In this document: positions 51,081-64,000 of the stretch, in pieces
How positions within the stretch are numbered: the first letter of the stretch is position 1
Layout: each line of letters begins with the position of its first letter
NCBI RefSeq assembly: GCF_009834535.1
Contig: NC_045696.1
Location: 25,794,001 to 25,858,000 of the forward strand
Length of the DNA: 64,000 nt
Direction: 5' to 3'
From: Camelus ferus
Lineage: Eukaryota
The notes under the pieces: model-generated
What the model was told of the DNA's origin: nothing
Seen by the model: the letters and a program-made list of their open reading frames with translations, nothing else
Databases searched by the model: none
Position numbers and translations under genes: made by a program

Positions 51081-52704
51081 GTAAGTGTGCGTTTTAGTTT
51101 GAAACAGACAAATATGATTATTACCATCAAGGAAATGGTGTAATAATTTAGCTATAACAGCTTAATCAAGGGATGAGTGTTTAAATATGGCAAGAAGAGG
51201 GCCGAACATGCCATTACTCTTGTAGTGAACCTCTGCTGCTTTAGGGAACAAACAGGACTGGAGGACATTTAACTGAAACTTAATTTTATCCTGAATGACA
51301 AGGATCAGACCTAAAAAGCTGCAAATCTATTCTGTATAGTCAAGTACACCAGTGTCTTGCTGCTATTCATATAATTCAATATAGTACTTCCAATTCAACA
51401 AGCACTCTCCCTGAAAGGAATGCTGAATTTCACTTTCGAGATGAACTTTTTACAGCCAAATGGTCCTTTCAATCTGTATTTCTGGTTAAGTAAGTACAAG
51501 ATACATCAAACATCGTTTTGTATTATGTTTGGTAGGAAGTATGTTAGCTGTGAGGACGTACTGTCCAAGAAGCACACACAGTGACACACACAGGAAAATG
51601 CACACACACCTCTCTCTCCCTCATACTTTAATCTCAGTAAATCAGCATAAAAGACCATATGCTCCTTTCTCAACCTGCATATGTATATTTATGCTACTAT
51701 TTCACATTGAAAGGCTGGCAGCTTCTGTTCCACCAGAGTGCATTTGTACCCAAGTGTTCCTGTACTGAGGGGAGTTTTGAAAGCCATACAGCTATAGTCT
51801 TAACCTTGACTGTCTTTCATTCTCAAATATCTATTCAGTTATATGTGCTGAGTGACTTACAATGAAGTGAGAGAAAATTCAGTGACTTGACATTTACAGG
51901 TCCCAACTGATTCGTTTATTTATTCAACAGAGTAAATATTTAGGCAGTAGAATTAAATTGGAAAATGTTTATCAAGCTTGAAACCACCTTCCTTTCAATA
52001 TATAAAACATAAACCCAGGGGCCTAGGCCTAGGGAAATTTGCCTACAGATGTGCCCTACAGAGAAGGGCACATTTAAATGTCTCAATAGGTTTTAATCGC
52101 CTACTAGTTTGTTGTGAAAACTTCTGTCACATTTTGGGACAGTCCTATTGAAATAGTACCTCATAGACCATAATTTACACAAAACTACACTTTATTAATC
52201 ATTTTGTTTGATCTTACAATGTAAGTAGTCCTCTGAACGTAGTTTTTTACTCTTATTTCAGTCCAACGATCTAGTCTAGTTAGTTGCCACAACTGAAGAG
52301 TATTTATTTCTCTCATCGCATGTAATACTACAGCTGTGTCTACACATTTGGGAGGATATTCTCTGAAAAAAATCTTAAGACCATAACCAGAAGACGCAGT
52401 CTTAAAAAACACTGTCTCAGCATAAAATCATGATGAAAATAAGCAAATCTTTGGGTTTATAGCAATGTCTTATGGATAAGCTAATGAAAGAATATTGTCT
52501 GAAGTTTTCAAAGATTCTCAGGATGATTTTGCTATCATTAAAGCAATAAAAGTAATATTGCAAATGACATTATGCAAATAACCTTTAAAATCTGAGAATA
52601 TAGTGATGTCACATTTTCATGATGGACAAAATAATTACACACTTAGCTTTTCCATTGAAATCAGAAAGAATATAACTGCAATTTCCATGGACACATTCAA
52701 GAAA

Positions 52705-52878
52705 AAATTATATATGTATAACTTAAAACGTACCATCTTAATTATTTTTATGTGTACAATTCTGTAGCATTAATTGCATTCACAACGTTATGCAACCATC
52801 ACTGTTTCTAAACATTTTCCTCACCCCAAGCGAAACTTTATACCTTTTAAGCAATAGAGAATACTCATTCTCAACCCC
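52705..52878 (-). mobile_element. L1MB-type 3' end
   Basis: tgtacaattctgtagcattaattgcattcacaacgttatgcaaccatcact...acattttcctcacccca. Confidence 0.85.
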
Positions 52879-52970
52879 AGAACTACTGAATTAAAATCGC
52901 CAGGGGAACACAAAAGAATTTGCATTTTTAATGCAGTAGAAAAGTATTATATTTAAGCAAGTTTGGGAAA
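52875..52970. mobile_element. MER5-like hAT fragment
   Basis: ccccagaactactgaattaaaatc...gaatttgcattttta...aagtttgggaa. Confidence 0.5.
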
Positions 52971-55900
52971 GAGGTGAGGGCTGTGAGGTGCTGATCTAAA
53001 CTAATCTTAACTAAAGTTATATAATTCCTATGTCACAGATTTTAAAGTTGAGGATTCAAAAGATTAACTGTTGTATCCTGAAAATAAAATCTAGACCTTG
53101 TTTCAAATCCTGTGTTTAAGCATATATATGTTTATTTAGTATCTGAATTTAAATATATCATCTACTTGCAAAATGTTGATTTTTTGTAAAAACTATTAAA
53201 ATATTTTATTCTGTTACTTTCTTGTTTCCACTACTAGAAAGAAAAATGTTTTTCTACCAGATAAATGTAGAATAGTGTATGTGTATTGTCATTTTTATTT
53301 GCTTATTATGTCCATTTTGTTTTCGCTATTCTCTTGTTTATAAAAGAAAACTCAGCTTAGTTCCCTTACATATAATTTGCCTATTTCTCCCATTCCCTGC
53401 TTTGCCACAGTTTTATAAACATTATGCTTCCAATATTAAAGATAATTAAACATTAGAACACCTGTAAGTTCTTTTACTAGTATGTGGAATAGTTCTGTAA
53501 TATTTGGATCAACATTACTGGTGAACTTTTTCAGGTAGTTCATAAAGAATCAGTAGTAGCTCATGTAGACAGGTATTCACTGCCTTTGATAGAATCCAGT
53601 ATTTTGGTTAAGAAAGTACTAAAATTTAACTCTGGGTGAACCAAAATGAGCTTAAGGACATTGTGCTCACGACCCGGATTAGAAGAAAGAGTGGGGCTTG
53701 TCTACAAGGAAGTCCTCTGAGTGGCATTGACACCCCAGTGAAGGAGCACCTCTCCTTTCCACTTCTTCTCCCTCTCTCCTTCCCTTCTTTCTTCCTGAGA
53801 GCTTTCCTTCAAAAGTGGAATTAGTGGGGAATGTTGTCCTTTAGAATACAAAAAAATAATAATAAATATTAATTTCTTTATTACAATGAATTAAATATTC
53901 CAGACTAAGAGCTTTGTCCCAGGGCTATAACCATTTTGTGTTAAATTCTTGAAATAGTCACCTCAATTTGTCTTCTCATCCACTGAATGAACAGAGACTG
54001 CCTGAGGTTCTGAATTACAATCTGTTTTCTAAGTATTTTCATCCCACCCCGTATTAGAGCAAATAATCTTTCTTCAGAATATAGCTTGTGATTTTTCTCT
54101 GTCTGTTCTTCCTCTCTCAGCTCAAGCTTAGGTATCCAATTGCACTGAGTATACACATTTTAAATCCCAATCCAAATGATGCAACTCTGCTATAGTAATT
54201 CAGTCTGGGGTGCTAAGTTAGACCAGCTTTCTACTACCAGTTTCTAGACTTGCTCTGCTTGTGGAATCTCAGCTGTCTCAGAGTTTTGAGAAGGGCATAT
54301 TTTAACACAACTTTCTGAAGTTGCACTTTATCACAGCCCTACCATGAACCCTACAGCAATTGTCAAACTATATAGCATATGCATTTGGAAGGATTTTTAA
54401 AGGTATGTGTTCAGTTTAGTGCCAGTTCACATTATAACTGAGTGGTCAGTTTTTATCTACATGGTCACTTGCTGAAGCTAAATACAAGGCCAGTGCAAGA
54501 GGCTAAACCAGCATCCTTTATGTGCATCATACATTCACATTTGTTTTCTGGAAGTAGTTGTGGATAAGACATTTACCTTTTCACTACCTTTTCAATTACT
54601 GGCATAATTGATATTCTCCTTTCCTTTGATGCAATTCCCTCCCCACCTCTTCTCTTATGTCAGACTTTTACAGTTATCTCCATAGCAACATATCCATCTA
54701 ATAGAAGGATACATCTTCTGAATGGCTAGCAATACAACATTAACTGTTAGAACATAACATCTTTCATGTTGGAAACATCTGGAATTCACAGCCAGTCAAG
54801 AAGTACAAAAATGTCTTTGACTCCTTAATAGTCACTCGAAGCTGAGCTTGCTTGCTTTATTAGAGTTCATTTACAAACAACTTTTATTATCCAGCAATGT
54901 AGCATAATAAAACTAAAGTTTATTTTAACATCAAAAAAAAAAGTTTAATTTACAAGTGAAGTTGCTTATAAAGACTCAAATCACCCTTTGTGGAAAAGAG
55001 TTTATGGCAGATTGGGGCAGTATTACCAACCTATTACCAGTGCACTAATACCTCTGTTTACTGGCTGATTATGTCCTCTGGCAAAATTCGGAACTGTCTC
55101 CTTCTCTGGTGCAAACTAATCAGTTTTCAAAATTAGTTATTGATCTCAGACCCACTGTGGTAGTCCAATTTAGTGGCTGGTTCATTGAGTACTGAAGTGA
55201 CACCATTTATGTGAGTAGAAGAGAAGTCACAGCAAATATAGTGTTTAAAGACAGCGCTCAAAGGTAGTTTTCTACTGCGGAGAGTTGACAAGTACAAATA
55301 CTCAAGGATGCTAAGTTTCTCTCGTTAGGGATTAATGATAGGTGCACTAGCCAGTCACATGACCTTATGCTTTTCGTACACACATTTGTCTTCCATATCC
55401 TGAATTTAAATAAGTAATGGATGATAAATTATTTTAAAAAATCTCCAAGTAAAATTTCCTTCTATTTCTTCAAACTTAATTTTTATTTGGATTTATGTAA
55501 AGGTGACTAAAGGGAGTGGTTACTTTACAAGTGCAATGTGATTCTTTGCTGATAAGCTTATAATAAAAAATGCTAGAAAAAGTAAACAAGAAATTGTGAG
55601 TTCAAAATACTTCAGTGCCTAAATGGCAGTTCAGATTATTCATAACTTATCAATTTTTTTTGTTTCACTGACTGTTTTTTATGTATATATTAATTTCTTA
55701 ATGATTTGCTTCCTATACTTTGTTTCAGGAAATGTTAGAGAGAGTTGAGATGTGACAGTTTTCTAAGTATCTCTATGAATTATACAACTTGTCTAGCTAC
55801 AAAAAAATTTTTTTTTCAAAAATTGTCCTTAAGTAGTCTTATCAATTTGACATTCCCAAGGACATGTAAATCTCTGAGGTTAGGATGCAAAATTTATAAA

Positions 55901-56819
55901 ATCCCAAATAAGATTCCCTTATTTTTAGCTATACCTATTTTTTAAAAATACATTCTATATAGGCAGTACAAGAATTGACACCCACATAGTGATCATACTT
56001 AATATGAAGAAGAAAATAGAAATGATTACATTAGAAATATTTTTATACTTCTTGTGGATGTGGGTTGTTAATCATTTTCTAAACAGCTTGACTTTCAGCA
56101 ATGTACTGATTTTTGTCTCTTCTCTCAATCTCCTTATAAATGTTTATGTGTATACTTGTATATATAGCATGCAAATTTAAAATAGAATTTTCAATTATTA
56201 TTTTAATTTATAATATATAAAAATTTCCACCTATCATTTTTGAAGTCTCTAGTTTCAAGAGTTAAGATTATTTTAAGTGAGAAAAAAGAAAAAAAAGTTT
56301 AAATATGTACTTGGAGGTGAAACCTCACACCTAACTGAAGTCAACCTTAAATAAAGTTCCTGTGAAATAAAATGAAGTTCCTGTAAATTAAGAATGTGTG
56401 AACAGCTCTCTAAGGTGTAAAGGTGATACAAACTTTGTGGTTTATATGTTGTCACAGAATTCCATAATTTAAGAAATCCACTTAAGTACTTTACTATAAT
56501 GATCTTTTAAAACCTAAAAAGAACTGTAGCACTTTTTACACTGTAAAAATATAAAATAATATCATAATACTGGGAGTAAGAGAAGATAACTAAGAAAACA
56601 ACATGGTAAACTTTTTGTTTCATATTATTAAAATCAAAACTCCTCCTACATGATAAAAATGTGTCACATGTCAAGCAATCAGTTTTTATCTTAGTTTCTC
56701 TAAAATAGCAATTTGAACATACAATGGCATATTGCATATGAACAAATCTAAGAACATTTAGTGAAATTTTAATTTGGGTTAATGTTGGGGCCCATTTTAG
56801 GCAGATGTTTTCTTTAGGA

Positions 56820-56935
56820 TTCTGGGTTTTAACCCTGGTGAATCAGCAAAATCTGCTCTGAAGCTTCTTAAAAGACACAAACCCTAATGAATCAGAATTT
56901 TCATGGATAGTCCTAAACATTTGTATTTTATAAGT
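56820..56935. mobile_element. MER5-like hAT fragment
   Basis: ttttaaccctgg...aatgaatcagaatttt...catttgtattttataag. Confidence 0.5.
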
Positions 56936-57999
56936 CAAAGTGTCACAGAGAAAAACAACTAGTTTATATTTTCTTAGGAACTTGAAGGGAAATGTAAAAT
57001 AAATCCAAATATATGATAACTGAAAAGGTACCCATAATCACAATTTTTCATTTTTTTCAGCCATGCCTGACAGAAATTTTTTGATGCCTGGATCTAGAGA
57101 TCACTATCTAAACCTATCAGCTATCAACTTACAAATTAACAAAGCATATTCACATTAACATCTGTATATTGGGGTCAAAACAAAGGGTTCTGGCCCCTAT
57201 AATGCAATTTATTTGAAACTAACCCTGAAAACTATATTCTCAGTAATAGGATCATAAAACATGTAAAGAACATATAGATGAACACAGTTATTTAAATCAG
57301 TTATCTTAGTTTACATATTTCATCTTCAAAATATTTGGTTTAATCAATTTCATACTTTCAGCTAACCATTTTAAAGAGTTCTTGTATAAAGTAAATGCAG
57401 AAATAATTTTAAATAAAAATTTCAGAAGGCCCATACAAGCACAACTGTGCACATGATTAAAGTTTATCTTTTATCACAAAAGGAACTTAGCGTTGATGAA
57501 GCTCTGACTGCATATAGTGATTCTAGAGGAGAAAAGTTCTATGGAATACAAAGTTCTTCTCTAGACCAGTTTCTATCAGATATCTCATAGAGAATTTGGA
57601 AATTTGATCATTGAAATTTTAACCTCTATTCCCGTATTAGTACTACTTAAACTTTTGTAAACAATAAGCAGTAGATTATATAGTAATATGCAACAATAAA
57701 ATTGCCCAAATAACTTTTCTTTTGTTCATATTTGTTCTTCCAAGTTAACTAGAGGAAAAAAACCTGTAAATCAAAAAACCCTGAATTATCAAAGTACTCC
57801 AGAAACTATAAGGGGATATATATAATTTAAAACTGGAAAATTAAAATTTTATTATTTTAATTTTAATTTATATGAAGAACAGCCAAAGAAACAAAAAGTC
57901 AGAATGGTTTTCAAATTCTGTCATATTCATTTTATTCTCTCCCTGCTTCCAAGGCCAAATGAACTGAAGACTAATTATAATACAGACAAAGGACCAGTT

Positions 58000-58415
58000 A
58001 TTTCACTCAGTAAAAAGAACAGGACAAGAGAAATATGGGTTAGCCTTCAACTTGCAGGGTAAATATCAGATTAGAGAATTTCCCACATAGAGGAACAAGT
58101 TAAACAGTGAAATATGACATTGTGGAAAATTGTGACTATTCTTTGGAAATTTTGGGAATCCAGGATTGCTTCTCATACATGTGGTCATTAAGGAGAAAAA
58201 AAAAAGGTAGTACTGGGATTGGCAGCACATTGGTTTTAAATTCACGTTAAGGTTTAAATGATTGATAAATTATTTGATGACTTTTTGAATTTCATCCAGC
58301 TCTTAGTATACTCCAAATATATCATCTTCATTGCCTTAGTTGTCTTCTAAGTGAAATAATCAGGTTTGACTATATAACTGGTATAGACCATTCTCTCTCT
58401 CAGATTCTGTTATTT
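58000..58415 (+). mobile_element. L3/CR1 3' end plus MIR3-like tail
   Basis: gagaatttcccacatagaggaa...ttaaacagtgaaat...gatgactttttgaatttcatccagctct and ctctcagattctgttatt. Confidence 0.45.
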
Positions 58416-59224
58416 CCTCTGCAATGATAGTGTGCTTTCTATGCTGTATAATAGCGCAGGTTTTAGTATTTCCATGTGTTTGGGTTTTTTTAGGTGCTAT
58501 AGTAAGTAACACACTAGATATGACCTAAACTCATGGGCAGCAAATGGTCCAGACTTATTATTGTTTATGAATTATAGGTTATAATAACTTAGAAAGCAAC
58601 TAGTTACTAGCTTACCTCTTTAATGACTGAAAAACATCTCCACAGACCATTTGTAATTAATTATTATTAAGATATCACATCTAAATATCTTTCATTCCTC
58701 AAATGGACCTTAAGATCCTTTCTTTTGGTATTTCCCAAAGAGCTCCTACCCTATGCATAGCATGTGTGTCACATAAGCAAGTGGATACAAGAGTAAGAAG
58801 TAAACACCATCACTGGATCAGAAAAGACAAAAGCTAAGAGTAAGTTTGATTGAGGATGGTGGACCAGGAATGGAGAGGAGAATCTCCTGCTTATTGGGCT
58901 GGGCACCCATCTTCTGAGTTGTAGTGGAGATGTCCCTCAGACTCTCTGCCAGGCAAATCTAGACAACCTGAATATCACTGCCTGTTAGGAGATGACTCAT
59001 GCTCTAGCAAGCTGACCTCTCGTATTCAAATAGGGCAAAATGTGCCTCTAAGCTATGCCTGGGAGATCAGTTGCCTCAGCCTTCCAGTCTGTCCTTGTTT
59101 GTATTGATTCCATAGACATCTGCAAATATTCCAGCTCTTATTCCTCAGCTATTGCGCACAGCTATACCACAGAGCCAGCTCCTTACCAAAGGGAAATTCA
59201 GTGTACCTATACGTTTATGGGGAG

Positions 59225-59432
59225 AAAATTTGGAGCAGCTTCAGAATCCAAATCCTTGCTTTGACACTTAACAGCTGTGTAACCTTAGGCAAGAAGTCAA
59301 ATTCTTTGCATTTGCTCTTTCACATCTATAAAAGATGAAAAATAATGCTTTGTTGTTATAAGAATTAGAGATGTCTTTAAAGAAATTTCCAGAATGTAAT
59401 TATTCAAAAGGTAGTTGCTATACCATTATTAT
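59225..59432 (+). mobile_element. MIR SINE
   Basis: caaatccttgctttgacacttaacagctgtgtaaccttaggcaag...catctataaaa. Confidence 0.8.
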
Positions 59433-59614
59433 TTTAATATTAATCATTATTCTTTTGTGGGCACTGATGAAGGACTATCCATATCTATCATTTTTTTCCT
59501 ACTTGCCCTTTTTTACATTTATTTAACTAGGCAAATATTTTACTTGACTCATGAAGATGACTTAAAATGCAGACACTCATGGTTTATTCACACAAAGCTA
59601 TAAATGATACATAT

Positions 59615-59812
59615 ATAATATTCATTGAGCCTCTAACATGATCCAGGCACTGTGCTCAGAGTTTTACCTGTGTTATTTTATTTTTTCCCCATTTATAATG
59701 AGAAACTGAGTCATTGTAGTTAAGTATAATTTCCCAAGGTCATAAGCTAGTAAATGGCAGAGCCAAAGCTTGAGACCAAGTATGCTTTAAATCTTTCTAC
59801 TATAATGCCTCT
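59615..59812 (-). mobile_element. MIR SINE
   Basis: ccaggcactgtgct...ccccattt...gagaaactgag...ttcccaaggtcataagctagtaaatggcagagcc. Confidence 0.85.
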
Positions 59813-59921
59813 TTCTCTGTCTGATGTTGGAGTCTTAAGAATAAGGATGCAGAAAAGAGAGAATACGAGCAAATGCATAACTGAAGAATGGAAGGATAAG
59901 ACATGAAAAGGGTTATGATTT

Positions 59922-60112
59922 AATATGTAAGAGCTTAATCACCACTATTAGAATGTTTGGGTTCAAATCCCAAATTTTCACTTGCCAGCTATGCAATTTC
60001 AAGCTAGTCCTTTCACCTCCCTTCAATCCATGCCTATACCTTGGGACTCTTGTGAGGATTAAATGAGATAAAGTATCTTGTACACAGTAAGCATTCAAAG
60101 AATTTTGGGTAT
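59922..60112 (+). mobile_element. MIR SINE, internally deleted
   Basis: tgggttcaaatccca...ttgtgaggattaaatgagataa...cacagtaagcattcaa. Confidence 0.8.
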
Positions 60113-60329
60113 ATTTACCATGGGTACAAAAAGAGGAGGTAATATTTCATCTACAAATCACAATTTTGCTTGAGACACCTTGATAGTAAGGCTTTGCATT
60201 AAGTTCAGGATTCCCCCAACATCAGCCAACATTCACATATATAGCAAGCAGAGAAAATGTGTTACACTGAATCTACCATTTCCTAAGCATCTTCATAGCC
60301 CAGATTTGTATACAACCCCCCTAATCTGC

Positions 60330-60500
60330 ATATCAAATTTGTAAGGTAACTACTTTTATGCCCATTTTACAGATGTAGATACTGATGGATGCAAAGATAA
60401 AGCAACACATTCAGAATTACAGATACACACTTAGTACATTAACAAAATCCAAAAAAACATTGTGGGCTAACTCTACAATGTACATTTTTTTCCACAATGC
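60330..60500 (-). mobile_element. MIR fragment
   Basis: gtaaggtaactacttttatgcccattttacagatgtagatactga. Confidence 0.7.
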
Positions 60501-63434
60501 ATTTTTTTCCTCTTATTAAGATTGCTTATTTCCATTTTAGACACCAATAGTTTAACAACAAGGGATGAATTTCAAGAGTCTTATATTGTTGGTGGTGTTA
60601 GAGATGTGGCCAAGATTCTTCCATGTCTTGACTTGGAAGGGTTTCATATTGTGTGGTTTGTGTTTGTTTGCTTGTTTATGTTTGTATTTTTCCCAATATT
60701 TGGAGAATTAGAAGGACTTGCATATCTAAAAAATTTCTCCTTACACTCAAACATTATGTATAATTTTTTAAATAGTTCTAATTATCCAGTAATGATTGAG
60801 AGAGAACCTATCCATGGCAAATTGATTTAAGGTCAATCTCTCTAAAATATATGTGAGGCATAGTATTTCTGTAGATTGGTCTTATAGATGTCTTATATTT
60901 ATGAAATTTCTAACATGTAACTAAGTGTAACTATGTGTTCCTATTACCATCTACAAGTTTTTAATTTAACTTAAACATATATGAATGACGTATTTTTAAC
61001 ATATGTTAGCACATTATGGAACTCTCACAATGGTCTAGTCAACATCTCCTTTTAGGGAATTTACACAAATATAACACGCATCAAACTAATAACTAAGTTA
61101 CTGTTTCTCTTATTACTGTGAATCATATATATGTATACATAAAATTTGAGTAAGAAAATAACTGATATTCTATTTAAATGTCAATAATTAGGGCAATGAT
61201 TCCAAGTTTTTGTATGTTTCCTTGAAGTGTCTTAAAATTTGTTCTTCCTTGTTCTACTAGCTTCTAGTGAAGGTTAAATCTGGAATATTTTAGTTTTTAA
61301 AATTGAGGATGGTATACTATTATATGCAGGTTTTCATCAGGTTTGTGTTGTTTGCCAGAAAACCATCATAAATATTGTAATTTCATCAATGATTGATGGA
61401 TACTGCCAACTAAATGTGTGACATTCTCTGCTGTTATGTAGGTTATTCTTTTTACAGCAAGGTTTATATTTTAGAATGTTTCAGTGTTTTACATTTTTCA
61501 AGAGTTGATATTTTCCATTTAATCATTTTTAAAAGTTAATTTAGTGACAGCTGCGTAACTGTGTAATCAGTTTCAGTTTTATTCTACTCGGCATGGACAG
61601 CTTTTCATTAATTTATGTTTTAATCTATGTAATGTGTTACTAGCACTTGGAGACTTACACATTTATTAAATAAAGACTTGAAGCGAGTGAAAGTCATTTC
61701 CGTTAATTGTTTGTAAGGTGGGATTATCAACTGGTTCAAGGAGCTTTGAAAATAAGTGAAAAGAGCAGAATTCAGTAAAGTGGCTAGGAAATTTAACCTT
61801 ACCTTTTGCAGATTTTAGAATCAATATATAAACATGTTAATATAGAATAATATTAAAGTATTCCTTATGGCTAATAATGAAGCTTTAATATTTAATGACT
61901 AACTGAAATACCAGGCCTCTTTTGTCTGACTGTGGCTTCTCTCATTATACTACACCAGGAATTGAACTGGACTGCAAAGCACACATAGAGTCTTTGAGAG
62001 ACTGATCTTTGTTGCAAGAGACTCTCTAAGCTCCAGTAAATTGTTCCAATAACCTAATTTCATTATTTTAGAGAGTCTGATGTACTCTCTCTCTAAGTAC
62101 CAAAGAGCCACAAAACCCAAGACAGTAGTACATTTGCTGAATCATATATCAAACTGAGAGGAGATTTGTTGAAAATAATTCTTTTGAAGAATATATTCAG
62201 CCTCAATTGTATATCCTCGTCTGGACACATGCTGGGTTTCTCTCTTGATTTCTACCCTTTTAGCTTTCCCTTTGTGTCTTCTTCCTAGTTATAAAGAGAG
62301 CATTTCAGCCTCTGATAATGACTTGCAAGCTTTATTATAAATTATTGGGGGCTTTGGAGATATGTAACAAAGAGGACTGTTATTTCTTAAGCTGTGGTAG
62401 AACCAATCATATCAGAAGGGCTTTGTGTGTCTGTGTGCCTGTGTGTTTGCTAGTTTTAGAATTTTTTGAAGCAGACGATTTTTCCTTGACAATTGTTGTA
62501 TCATTAATTTTTAAGAATATAATTATAGCAAATGTTATAAGAGTACCTTGCAAATCTCTCCAAAGGGACAAGATAAAGCCAACATAGTTCAAAAGTTCAG
62601 GATTCAAAGCTTCAAAGTATAAGCCTGGAAGAAAGGAAATTCCTCTGGGACCACTATCATTTTCTTACATTCCCACCAATGCTTTGCTGGTTTGTTCTGA
62701 AGAACCATTCTCCACAGACCCCTCATTACGATTTCTGCTGTGACTGGCCACAGTCACTTGAATCTTGTGTTAAAAGGGGAGGTATTTATCTACGTTGTCA
62801 TTTTACTTCTCTGTGGTCAGAGGATTAATCACTTTCTCAAAGGCCTAACTCTACCATTTCCTTTACTTTCGGGAAAGGAGATTTTAAGAAAATGCCACTG
62901 TATGACCGCAACTTATTCTTTAAAAAGAAATGTAATATATCATTTAAAGAAAGAAAATTACCGGGGGATAATTTTAGCCAGAATTCAGTTATTTAATTCA
63001 TATTTGAGAGATGACCTCACTCCTTCATCAAATCAGGATGAGAAGTACCCTACTAAACATGATGAAAAACTAATGTCTTCATACAAGTGAGCCTTGTGGC
63101 CTGGCTAGGTGACAAGTATTTGGTCGGCTTCCATTTTCACCAGCTTAAATCTACAAGCTGGAAAAGGGCTAAATGGAAAGCGACAGAAGAGTCTTTCCAG
63201 GAAACAAAACTGGTTAGAATGCATGAGGACTGATGCTGGCTCAAGCAATGAATCAGTGTAGTGAATTTACTCGTGTTTTAAATGGCTCAGTTAGAATGTT
63301 TAATAAACCAACACCAGGATGTCACTAAAATACACAAGTGTCAATGAGTAATTAGGACTAGATAATTTCTAAAGTAGAAATTAATCTAAAGAAGAATATT
63401 AACACTTCTTACGTTTGTTTCTTTAGATTTATTT

Positions 63435-63672
63435 AATTATTTTTATTGAGTCTCTTCCATTAGCCACATAATGTCACATAAATCACATCATTACTTTTCA
63501 TAGCAAGTTTATGAAATGTATGTTATTGCTATTTCCATTTTATGAACAAAAAAAACTGAGTCAGAAAAGAATTAAGAACCTTTGGCTGACATTTCATATT
63601 TAATTTGTGACCCAGAATTCAAGTTCTCATCTGTCTTATTCTCAGTCTACACTTTTCCCATTTCACTATGAA
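63435..63672 (-). mobile_element. MIR SINE
   Basis: tttattgagtc...tatttccattttatgaac...aaactgagtcagaaaagaattaag...cccagaattcaagttctcatctgtct. Confidence 0.8.
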
Positions 63673-64000
63673 ATTCTGCCTTTGACATCCATATATAAAT
63701 TAATGTATATTCACTTATTTGTATATAGTTACTTACAGTAATAAACTACTCAAGAAAAATTACATTTGAAGAAAATACTGTTTATGCATTTTAAACACAG
63801 GCAAAAGCCCTATGTTATTCCAAATTTAATCTTCTATGATTAATTGACCACTATTTTCTCTTGAATATTCCCACCTCTCAAACTATAACTGGCATGGATG
63901 TGTTGCTTCCATTAATATAGGGCGATTGTAATAGGATTAAAAATCATTCTATAAAAAAAATGTACTAAATATTCCAGAATTTGTATCTAAATATATTAAG

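Noticed and set aside
1..64000. Novel multi-gene, defence, CRISPR or operon-like system
   Set aside because: This is mammalian non-coding DNA. No ORF exceeds 141 aa, there is no repeat-spacer array, and there is no gene-dense segment.

Overview
AT-rich, CpG-depleted mammalian genomic DNA, either intronic or gene desert, not prokaryotic. Two tRNA-derived SINEs resembling camelid vic-1 and four young L1 3' ends suggest a camelid (camel, alpaca or llama). I recognise no host protein-coding exon, RNA gene or CRISPR array, and nearly all ORFs in the track are chance ORFs or lie inside repeats. The window is a layered record of transposons: ancient L2, L3/CR1, MIR and L1M; MaLR LTRs (MLT1A, MLT1D, MLT1F-H, MLT1J-like); a MER41-like ERV1 solo LTR; DNA transposons (Tigger5/MER47, a Zaphod-like hAT with a transposase remnant, MER5); and recent lineage-specific insertions with intact target-site duplications (TSDs). 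The best second-look items are a 91-bp twin-primed L1 nested in MLT1D, a MER41-like LTR lacking its STAT1 GAS sites, a hAT relic with a directly duplicated terminus, a perfect inverted octamer pair, and three unannotated exon or promoter candidates. Repeat family names come from recalled consensus sequences, not a database search, and boundaries are approximate. I find no support for a novel multi-gene system.
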